Positions 56,982 to 64,000 of a stretch of 64,000 bases of DNA are shown piece after piece; the first letter of the stretch is position 1; each line of letters starts with the position of its first letter. Source of the DNA: Candidatus Eiseniibacteriota bacterium (GTDB lineage: Bacteria > Eisenbacteria > RBG-16-71-46 > SZUA-252); the NCBI GenBank assembly GCA_005893275.1, contig VBOW01000020.1, positions 23,870-87,869 on the forward strand. Direction: 5' to 3'. The translations under genes and the position numbers were made by a program. The notes beneath the pieces are model-generated. The model was given only the letters and a program-made list of their open reading frames with translations. It was not told the DNA's origin and made no database searches.

Positions 56982-57788
56982 GTGCGAACGTCCACCGAAG
57001 CCCACTGGTCGCGCTTCTGGCGCGAGCGCTCCGAGATCGAAGACGTGTACCCGACGGAAGGCCGTGTGGTGGAACAGATCCTCGGGGAGGGGCCGGTCGC
57101 GGGGAGGCTGGTTCTCGAGGTCGGCGCCGGATCGGGGCGCGACAGCGTCGCCCTGGCCGAGGCGGGGGCGACGGCGGTTCTCCTCGACTATTCGGCGCCT
57201 TCCCTCGAAGTCGCGCGGGGCGTGGCCTCGCGAGCGGGCCGGAGCGTGCATCTGGTTCGCGCGGACGCGCTCCGGATGCCCTTTCGGGACGGCTCCTTCC
57301 ACGTCGTGTTCCACCAGGGGCTTCTCGAGCACTTCCGCGATCCGCTGCCGCTCCTGCGTGAGAACGTTCGCGCGCTCGGGGACCGCGGCATCCTCCTTGT
57401 GGATGTGCCGCAGCGTTTCCATCTCTACACGGTCCTCAAGCACCTTCTGATCGCGGTCGGAAGATGGTTCGCCGGATGGGAGACGGAATTCACGATCGAC
57501 GAGCTGGAGCGGCTCCTGGGCGCGGCGGGGGTCACGGTCACGCGGAGATACGGCAACTGGATGGTGCCCGGTCTGTTCTATCGTTCGCTCCGCCTGGTCC
57601 TTCTTCGCTCGCGTGTCGCGCGCCTCCCGCTGTATCCACCGCCTGTTCCCATCCTGTCGAAGCTCGCGGGCTCGTTTCGCGAGCGTTTCCGCCGCACCCG
57701 GGTGTCCTTCTATACCTACTTCGTCATCGGCGTTCTGGGTCGAAAAGAGACGGCGGATCCGCCCCGCTCCGGTGTACCTATCGGGTGA
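56982..57788 (+). CDS. Class I SAM-dependent methyltransferase
   Basis: LVLEVGAGSGRDSVALAE (motif I) ...FHVVFHQGLLEH. Confidence 0.75.
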   Translation: MRTSTEAHWSRFWRERSEIEDVYPTEGRVVEQILGEGPVAGRLVLEVGAGSGRDSVALAEAGATAVLLDYSAPSLEVARGVASRAGRSVHLVRADALRMPFRDGSFHVVFHQGLLEHFRDPLPLLRENVRALGDRGILLVDVPQRFHLYTVLKHLLIAVGRWFAGWETEFTIDELERLLGAAGVTVTRRYGNWMVPGLFYRSLRLVLLRSRVARLPLYPPPVPILSKLAGSFRERFRRTRVSFYTYFVIGVLGRKETADPPRSGVPIG

Positions 57789-58897
57789 AGCTGCTCGCGT
57801 TCAACTGGCGTGATCCCAAGCATCCGGAGGCGGGCGGCGCCGAGCTTCACCTTGTGGAAATCCTGAGCCGGGCGGTCCAGGACGGCGACCAAGTGACCTG
57901 GCTTGCCGAGGCCTTCCCAGGCTCGGAGCCCGAGGAGGAGCACCGGGGCATCCGCATTCTCCGGAGGGGGTCGTGGTACAATGCGCACCTTGCTCTGGCC
58001 CAGCTCTATCGACGGAGGCTTCGGGGAGAGCGGTTTGATCTTGTCCTGGAAGACATCAACAAAGTTCCATTCTTCACGCCGTGGTACGTCCGCGCGCCCG
58101 TGCTCGCCGTGGTGCCTCACCTCTTCGGCGCCACCGTGTTCCGGGAAGCGTCGCCCGCCGTCGGCGCTCTGGTCTGGGCACACGAGAGTTTGATCCCGCT
58201 CGTGTACCGCGATGTCCCCTTCCTCGCGATCTCCGAGAGCACCCGTGACGACCTCGTCCGCCGCGGCCTGCGCCGCGAAAACATCTCGGTGGTTCGCTGC
58301 GGCCTGGATCAGAGCGGCTACACGGTGACCGTCCCACCGGGGGACCGGACGGAGCCGGTTGTGGTTTTCGTGGGCCGGCTTCGCAAGTACAAGGGGGCGC
58401 AATACCTCATCCGGGCGTTCCCGGACGTGCTGCGGGCGGTGCCGGAGGCTCGGCTCCGGATCGTGGGGGACGGCCCCTACCGGGAGAACCTGGAACGACT
58501 CTCTCGCTCCCTGAGGATTCGGGAGAAGGTCGAGTTCCTCGGAGCGCTCAGCCAGCGGGACAAGGTGGCCGCGCTGAACCGGGCCCAGGTCGCCGCCGCC
58601 CCCTCGCCCAAAGAGGGTTGGGGGCTCACGGTGATCGAGGCGAACGCGTGCGGCGCGCCGGTCGTGGCGAGCAAGAGCCCCGGTTTGGTCGAGTCGGTCC
58701 GCGATGGCGAGACGGGTCTCCTGGTTCCGCACGGTGACGCCGGCGCGCTCGCACGCGCCACGATCCGCCTTCTCACCGACCCGAACCTTCGCCTTTCCAT
58801 GGCGGGTGCCGGGCTCCGCTGGGCCCATGGGTTCACCTGGGACCGCTGCTACCGCGAGAGCAGGGCGGTGATCGCGCGCGCGGCGGGGGCCGCGTGA
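57785..58897 (+). CDS. Glycosyltransferase family 4
   Basis: C-terminal GT-B motif EGWGLTVIEANACGAPVVASKSPGLVESVRDGETGLLV. GTG at 57785 overlaps the methyltransferase stop. Confidence 0.8.
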   Translation: MKLLAFNWRDPKHPEAGGAELHLVEILSRAVQDGDQVTWLAEAFPGSEPEEEHRGIRILRRGSWYNAHLALAQLYRRRLRGERFDLVLEDINKVPFFTPWYVRAPVLAVVPHLFGATVFREASPAVGALVWAHESLIPLVYRDVPFLAISESTRDDLVRRGLRRENISVVRCGLDQSGYTVTVPPGDRTEPVVVFVGRLRKYKGAQYLIRAFPDVLRAVPEARLRIVGDGPYRENLERLSRSLRIREKVEFLGALSQRDKVAALNRAQVAAAPSPKEGWGLTVIEANACGAPVVASKSPGLVESVRDGETGLLVPHGDAGALARATIRLLTDPNLRLSMAGAGLRWAHGFTWDRCYRESRAVIARAAGAA

Positions 58898-59943
58898 CCG
58901 GCGCGACTTCGGGGGTTTTTCGAAAGCTCAAGCTGCCGCTCATCGCGCTCAAGATCATGTTGAGCTTCGCCCTGTTCGCCTATGTGATCGCCAAGGTCTC
59001 GCCGCGGAACGTTTGGGTCACGATGAAACACGCGGACCCGAAGCTGCTCGCGGCCGCCGCGGGGTTATTCCTCGTCTCGAGCCTCATCGGGAGCTGGCTC
59101 TGGGCGAGGCTCTTACGCGCCCAAGGTGTCTCGATCCCGTATGCCAAGGCGGCCTCGTATTATTTTGTGGGGCTTTTCTTCAACAACTTCCTGCCATCGA
59201 ACATCGGCGGCGACATCGCGCGAATCTCCGATGCCGCGAAACACGCCGATCACGTGAGCCCCGTCTTCTCCGCGACGGTCATGGATCGCTTGATCGGCAT
59301 TCTGGCGATCGGGCTCCTGGCCGTGGTGGCCTCGGTCGCGGTGATCGACCGTCTGCATCTCTACGCGATCTACTGGGCCATCCTGATCGTCTTTCTCGTG
59401 GCGGCCGCGTTCTTCGCGAGCATCTTCAACCGGAATATCCTCGAGGCCTTCGAGCGTCCCTTCCGCGCGATCGGCGCCCGCAAGATCGAGCGCGGGATCG
59501 CCCGTCTGATGGACGACCTCCACGGATTCCGGAGCGAGCGGGGCGCGCTTCTGGCCGCGTTCGCCGCTTCCACTCTGGTCCAGATCAGCCGGATCTACGT
59601 CCATTCCCTGGTGGGGCTCGCGCTTGGAGTGCGAATCTCCCTCGCGTACTACTTCCTGTTCGTGCCCGTGCTGGCCGCGCTCATCTCGCTTCCAATCTCG
59701 CTGAACGGAATCGGCGTGCGTGAAGGGGCCGCGGTCGTGCTGTTCCGGCTTGCCGGGCTGACGCGCGAGGAGGCGTTCAGCATTCCGTTCCTCACGTACA
59801 TTCTGTCGGTACTGATCAGCCTGCTTGGAGGGCTCATCTTCATCTCGCGACCGCCGCGGCGCGCGCTCGGGAAGCATCTCCAACGCCGAAAGCTCGCCCG
59901 TACCGGTGGGGGCGGCGCCTCCCCCGGAGAGGGCCGGGCATGA
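58894..59943 (+). CDS. Flippase-like UPF0104/LPG-synthase-TM-type membrane protein
   Basis: IALKIMLSFALFAYVIAKV...YFVGLFFNNFLPSNIGGDIAR belongs to the TIGR00374 family. Polytopic. Confidence 0.7.
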   Translation: MTGATSGVFRKLKLPLIALKIMLSFALFAYVIAKVSPRNVWVTMKHADPKLLAAAAGLFLVSSLIGSWLWARLLRAQGVSIPYAKAASYYFVGLFFNNFLPSNIGGDIARISDAAKHADHVSPVFSATVMDRLIGILAIGLLAVVASVAVIDRLHLYAIYWAILIVFLVAAAFFASIFNRNILEAFERPFRAIGARKIERGIARLMDDLHGFRSERGALLAAFAASTLVQISRIYVHSLVGLALGVRISLAYYFLFVPVLAALISLPISLNGIGVREGAAVVLFRLAGLTREEAFSIPFLTYILSVLISLLGGLIFISRPPRRALGKHLQRRKLARTGGGGASPGEGRA

Positions 59944-62549
59944 CTTCCGGAAAGCGCTGGCACCAGGTCGCCGCGGCGCTCGCGTTCGGCTTGCCTCTCT
60001 TCGTCTATCTCTGCACGCTCACCCGGACGGTGCCGTTCTGGGATTCCGGCGAGTTCATCGCCACGTCCTATATTCTGGGTCTGCCGCACCCGCCGGGAAA
60101 CCCGGTCTACACGATGCTCGGTCGGATCATGAGCTTTCTCCCGATCGAGACCGTCGCATGGCGCGTGAATTTCATGAGCGCGCTGGCGTCCGCCCTCACG
60201 GCGCTCTTCACCTTCCTGATTACGGTCCGCTCGCTTCGACGCTGGTTCATGGACCAGGCCCCGACTCCCGCGAGGGAGCTCGCCTGCGAGGTGGGCGGGC
60301 TCGTCGCCGCGTTCTTCATCGCGTTCTCGAATTCCTTCTGGGACAGCGCGATCGAGGCCGAGGTCTACTCGCTTTCGTCGTTCCTGGTGGTGTTCTCGAT
60401 CTGGCTCGCCTTCAACTGGTGGGATCATCTGGGGGAAACCAACAACGACCGCCTGCTCGTCCTGATCGTCTACATCCTGTCGATCTCCGCCGCGGTGCAC
60501 CTCGGCACGATCCTGGTCGCGCCCGGGCTCCTCCTGCTCTTCGCGATGAACCGGACCCGTTACTTCACCACGGGACGGTTCTGGGCCTCGGCGGCCCTGC
60601 TCGGCGGGTTCATCCTCTTTCTCTGGTACAACGAGTTTTCGGCGGACGTCGACGTGCCGCTCCCGCTCATCCTCATCATCCTTGCGCTGCTCCTCGTCGT
60701 GTACGCGCTGAATTCCAAGAAGCTGGTGAAAAACAATCTCTTCACGTGGTGGACGATCGCGCTGGTCGTAGGGTTCACGGTGCAGCTCTTTCTGCTGGTG
60801 CGGAGCCAGCAGCACCCCGCCGTGAACGAGGGCGCGCCGGAGACATTCAACACGTGGAAGGACTACCTGCTGCGGAAGCAATACGGCCCTTCGAACCCGT
60901 TCGAACGCCGCGCGGATCTTTGGTATCAGATCAATCACATGTATTTCCGGTACGTCGGGATGCAGTTTGCGCTCACCAGGGGGCTGGGGCCGTTTGGACC
61001 CGATTCCTTCTGGGTGATGGCCGTGAACGCGATCCCGTATCTCCTGTTGGCTCTCGGCGCCTATTGGAACTGGAAGCGGGACAAGAAGACCTTCTGGTTT
61101 TTCCTGACGCAGAACTTCGTCATGGGACCGGCACTCATCTTTTATCTCAACTTCACGGACCACGAGGTTCGGGAGCGCGACTACTTCTTCACCAATTCCT
61201 ACCACTTTCTCGCGATCTGGATGGGGATGGGCGCGGCCGGGGTCGTGAAGTGGCTCGCGAGCGCTTTCGAGCCGGCGAAGGCGCCGGCCCCGGCCGGGGT
61301 TCCGTCCGGGGCCCCGGCTCCCGCGGGAGCAACCGGAGGCTTCATGCCCTACCGGGCGGGGGTGGCGCTCGGGGCCGCGGCGCTGATCGGAATCTCGCTC
61401 CTTCCGATGAAGGAAGGGTGGTACGAACACGACCGGTCGCGTTTCTACATCGCCCACGATTACGCCTACAACATGCTCACGCCCTTGGAACCGGGCGCGA
61501 TCGTGATGACGAACGGCGACAACGACACGTTCCCGCTCTGGTATATCCAGGAAGTGGAACACGTGCGGAGGGACGTGCGGGTCGTGAATCTGAGCCTGCT
61601 CAACACGCCCTGGTACATCAAGCAGCTCCGCGATCAGGAGCCGCGCGTTCCGTTCTCGTTCACCAACGCGCAGCTCGACGCGCTCCAGCCCTATCAGGAG
61701 GAGAAGAGCGGCAGGATCATCTGGGTCAAAGACCAGGCCGTGACGGACATGGTCCGGGCCAACCAGTGGAAGCGGCCCGTCTATTTGGCGGTCACGGTGC
61801 CCGAGCAGCTCGGGTTCGACAAGCACCTCATGCTGGAGGGACTCGTCTTCCGCATCTACCCGAAGGAGGTCGGGGAGCATAGCGTCGACGCCGGGAAAAC
61901 GCTCAACAATCTCTACCACGTGTTCCGGTATGTGGGCCTGCTCGACAAGAACCGCAACTACGACTCGACCGTGTACAAGGACGACAACGCCTACAAGCTC
62001 GTGCAGAACTACAGCGCGGCCCACGTCCAGGTTGCCTACGAGATGCAGAAGGCCGGGCAGGGCAAGGACGCGATCTCCCTGCTGCGGGACGCGGTCAAGA
62101 TGACCCCCGATTTTCCGGGGCTCCTCGAGTACCTTGGGAAATCCTACCAGGACACGGGGGACACCGCCGAAGCGGAGCGCGTCTTCACGCAAGCCCTGCG
62201 GCGTTTCCCCAACTCGGCCGAGTTCTATTTTCACCTCGGCGTGATCCACTGGCAGAAGGGGCACAAGGAGCGCCGCGCCGATCTGGTCGACCAGGGGCTT
62301 CAGGAGCTCCGGCGCGCGTGCTCGCTCGACCAGCGCTACTTCGACTGGTTCGGCGGCCTCTTCAGCGCGCTCTGGCTCGAGGGGCATCACGAGGAGGCCG
62401 TGGACGTGCTGCGGAGCTGGACGCGCGCGCATCCCGAAGATCCGCAGGGGGCCGCGTGGCTCCGGAATTACGAGGACTCGCTGAAGGTGCTCTCGGCGGC
62501 CCCTCCACGCGGGGGCGCGGGCGGGCGCGCGGCGGGCGGGAGGCGCTGA
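59940..62549 (+). CDS. DUF2723-family GT-C glycosyltransferase-like membrane protein (PMT/TMEM260-like) with C-terminal TPR repeats
   Basis: First-loop acidic motif TRTVPFWDSGEFIATSYILGLPHPPGNPVY. More than 10 TM helices. C-terminal TPR-like helices (AEAERVFTQALRRFPNSAEFYFHLGVIHWQKGH...). Confidence 0.7.
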   Translation: MTSGKRWHQVAAALAFGLPLFVYLCTLTRTVPFWDSGEFIATSYILGLPHPPGNPVYTMLGRIMSFLPIETVAWRVNFMSALASALTALFTFLITVRSLRRWFMDQAPTPARELACEVGGLVAAFFIAFSNSFWDSAIEAEVYSLSSFLVVFSIWLAFNWWDHLGETNNDRLLVLIVYILSISAAVHLGTILVAPGLLLLFAMNRTRYFTTGRFWASAALLGGFILFLWYNEFSADVDVPLPLILIILALLLVVYALNSKKLVKNNLFTWWTIALVVGFTVQLFLLVRSQQHPAVNEGAPETFNTWKDYLLRKQYGPSNPFERRADLWYQINHMYFRYVGMQFALTRGLGPFGPDSFWVMAVNAIPYLLLALGAYWNWKRDKKTFWFFLTQNFVMGPALIFYLNFTDHEVRERDYFFTNSYHFLAIWMGMGAAGVVKWLASAFEPAKAPAPAGVPSGAPAPAGATGGFMPYRAGVALGAAALIGISLLPMKEGWYEHDRSRFYIAHDYAYNMLTPLEPGAIVMTNGDNDTFPLWYIQEVEHVRRDVRVVNLSLLNTPWYIKQLRDQEPRVPFSFTNAQLDALQPYQEEKSGRIIWVKDQAVTDMVRANQWKRPVYLAVTVPEQLGFDKHLMLEGLVFRIYPKEVGEHSVDAGKTLNNLYHVFRYVGLLDKNRNYDSTVYKDDNAYKLVQNYSAAHVQVAYEMQKAGQGKDAISLLRDAVKMTPDFPGLLEYLGKSYQDTGDTAEAERVFTQALRRFPNSAEFYFHLGVIHWQKGHKERRADLVDQGLQELRRACSLDQRYFDWFGGLFSALWLEGHHEEAVDVLRSWTRAHPEDPQGAAWLRNYEDSLKVLSAAPPRGGAGGRAAGGRR

Positions 62550-63484
62550 TGCGCGCGCTCGTGACCGGTGTCGCGGGATTCCTCGGCTCGACGCTGGCGG
62601 AGACACTCCGGAGCTCGGGGTTCGACGTGGTGGGGGTGGACGCGTTCACGCCGAACTACGAGGCCGCGAGGAAACGCGCGAACCTCGAAGGGCTGCTCCG
62701 CGATCCGGGATTTCGGTTCGTCGAGGCGGATCTGCGAAACGTCGCGCTCGAACCCTTGCTCGACGGGGTGACTCACGTCGCGCACCTGGCGGCGCTTCCG
62801 GGGGTGAGATCCAGCTGGGGGGACGCATTTCGCGCCTATGCCGAACACAACATCGTCGTCACCCAGCGGCTGCTCGACGCCCTGCGCGGTCGGACGGTCG
62901 AGCGCGTCGCGGTCGCGTCGAGCTCCTCCGTCTATGGCGTGCCGACCCGCTTTCCGACGCCGGAGGATGAGCCCCGGCGGCCCATCTCCCCGTACGGCGT
63001 GACCAAGCTCGCCACCGAAGCGCTTGTCCACGCGTATCGGCACGAGCAGGGGTTGCCGGCCGTCGCGCTCCGCTACTTCACGGTGTACGGCCCCCGGCAG
63101 CGGCCCGACATGGGGTTTCACCGATTTTTCGAGGCGTGCCGCCGCGGAGAGCCGGTGACCATCTACGGCGACGGCGCCCAGACGAGGGACTTCACCTTCG
63201 TCGAGGACGCGGTTTCGGCCACCGTCGCGAGCCTGACCCGCCCCGCCGAGGAGCTGGTCTACAATGTCGGCGGAGGGCATCGCGTGACGCTCCGCGAGGT
63301 GCTCGATCAGATCGAACGTCTGGTCGGCCGCCCGATGCAGCGCCGCCACATCGAGCCCCAGCACGGGGATCCGCGCGACACCTCGGCCGACACGAGACTC
63401 GCGCGGCGCGATCTGGGATACGAGCCGCGTACCGCTCTGGAGCGGGGTCTCGAACGCCAATGGGAATGGCAACGGAACAGGTGA
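62549..63484 (+). CDS. NAD-dependent epimerase/dehydratase (extended SDR; UDP-sugar 4-epimerase/decarboxylase-like)
   Basis: MRALVTGVAGFLGSTLAE (Rossmann) ...SPYGVTKLATE (YxxxK). The ATG overlaps the upstream stop (TGATG). Confidence 0.85.
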   Translation: MRALVTGVAGFLGSTLAETLRSSGFDVVGVDAFTPNYEAARKRANLEGLLRDPGFRFVEADLRNVALEPLLDGVTHVAHLAALPGVRSSWGDAFRAYAEHNIVVTQRLLDALRGRTVERVAVASSSSVYGVPTRFPTPEDEPRRPISPYGVTKLATEALVHAYRHEQGLPAVALRYFTVYGPRQRPDMGFHRFFEACRRGEPVTIYGDGAQTRDFTFVEDAVSATVASLTRPAEELVYNVGGGHRVTLREVLDQIERLVGRPMQRRHIEPQHGDPRDTSADTRLARRDLGYEPRTALERGLERQWEWQRNR

Positions 63485-64000
63485 TGGAGAAGGAGTCGTC
63501 GCTGGGGAAGCCGTCGTACGCCGTGGAGATCACGGCATTGATTCCCGTTTACGACGAGGCGGAGAATCTGAAACCGCTCCTCGAGAAGCTGACGGCGGAC
63601 CTGGCCGCCCTGCGCAAGCCGTACGAGATCCTGGTCGTCGATGACGGCAGCACCGACGGCACGATCGACCGGCTCCGGGAGCTACATCGCTGCATCCCGC
63701 ATCTTCGCGTGGTCTCGTTCCGGCGAAACTACGGCAAGTCGGCCGCTCTATCGGTCGGGTTCGCCGAGGCGCGCGGCCGTCATCTCGTGACGCTCGACGG
63801 GGATCTCCAGGACGATTCCGCGGAGATCGGACCCTTGCTTCGAAAGCTCGAGGAGGGCTATGACCTAGTCTCGGGCTGGAAACAGAAGAGGAAGGACCCG
63901 ATCACGAAGACGATTCCTTCCAGGCTCTTCAACGCGGTGACCTCCTCGATGACCGGGGTCAGGCTCCACGACATGAACTGCGGGCTCAAGGCCTACCGCG
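63484..64000 (+). CDS. GT2 polyprenyl-phosphate sugar synthase-like glycosyltransferase (GtrB/ArnC/DPM1 family), 3' end truncated by window edge
   Basis: ITALIPVYDEAENL...ILVVDDGSTDGT...LDGDLQDD. It has no stop within the window, so it is absent from the ORF track. ATG at 63484 overlaps the epimerase stop. Confidence 0.8.
   Translation, partial: MEKESSLGKPSYAVEITALIPVYDEAENLKPLLEKLTADLAALRKPYEILVVDDGSTDGTIDRLRELHRCIPHLRVVSFRRNYGKSAALSVGFAEARGRHLVTLDGDLQDDSAEIGPLLRKLEEGYDLVSGWKQKRKDPITKTIPSRLFNAVTSSMTGVRLHDMNCGLKAYR

Noticed and set aside
59649-62606. 985-aa minus-strand ORF antisense to the DUF2723 gene
   Set aside because: The same kind of GC-driven open frame: R/P/G-rich with no motifs. 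The + strand gene has a coherent TM and TPR architecture.
1-64000. Mobile elements, CRISPR arrays, tRNA/rRNA genes
   Set aside because: I scanned the intergenic regions (4875-4963, 18792-19226, 21927-22059, 23304-23407, 29143-29222, 44072-44218, 47150-47243, 51925-52173). No cloverleaf-like tRNA sequence, no direct-repeat/spacer periodicity, and no transposase or integrase ORFs were seen.

Overview
This is a high-GC (~68%) bacterial chromosomal window. It is densely coding, almost all on the + strand, with many 1-4 nt start/stop overlaps, which indicates compact operons. No rRNA, tRNA, CRISPR array or transposase was seen.

Content in order:
- A DUF2232-like membrane protein followed by rplI.
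- A PpiC-type PPIase lipoprotein, a BFN nuclease-domain protein and a gamma-carbonic-anhydrase-like protein.
- A full branched-chain amino-acid ABC transporter (two substrate-binding proteins, then livHMGF), translationally coupled to selA.
- An unusual protein with an N-terminal BY-kinase-like (Wzc/CapB-type) domain whose Walker A motif is lost, a transmembrane helix and a C-terminal SPOR domain.
- smc, ftsY, and a GAF-GGDEF diguanylate cyclase on the minus strand.
- An AT-richer divergent promoter region.
- A TPR-AAA+-Fis-type regulator of the sigma54-activator (bEBP) family that has lost the GAFTGA motif and the Walker A lysine.
- A split nuo cluster (nuoI, a ZIP metal transporter, then nuoB-D-F-G) with an adenosine deaminase abutting nuoG.
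- An O-methyltransferase / MBL-hydrolase / FAD-oxidase / bshC / bshA (bacillithiol) operon.
- A convergent outer-membrane beta-barrel plus CarboxypepD_reg-like lipoprotein pair.
- A UroD-family protein, panD, an NfeD-SPFH (stomatin) pair, lpdA and lipA.
- mgtE on the minus strand.
- A 976-aa periplasmic PPIase, radC, a TPR/SLH protein and a large secreted protein with a FlgD-Ig/T9SS-like C-terminal domain.
- An FMN riboswitch with an intrinsic terminator, then ribD-ribE-ribBA-ribH-nusB.
- A candidate polyprenyl-phosphate-sugar glycosylation cluster: metallophosphoesterase, SAM methyltransferase, GT4, flippase-like UPF0104, a DUF2723 (TMEM260/PMT-like GT-C) protein with TPR repeats, an NAD-dependent epimerase/dehydratase, and a GtrB/ArnC/DPM1-like GT2 that runs off the window.

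The two regions I consider most likely to represent undescribed biology are the pseudo-BY-kinase/SPOR protein beside smc-ftsY and the DUF2723-TPR glycosylation cluster at the 3' end. All calls rest on my reading of the translated ORFs and on motif recall, not on any database search.
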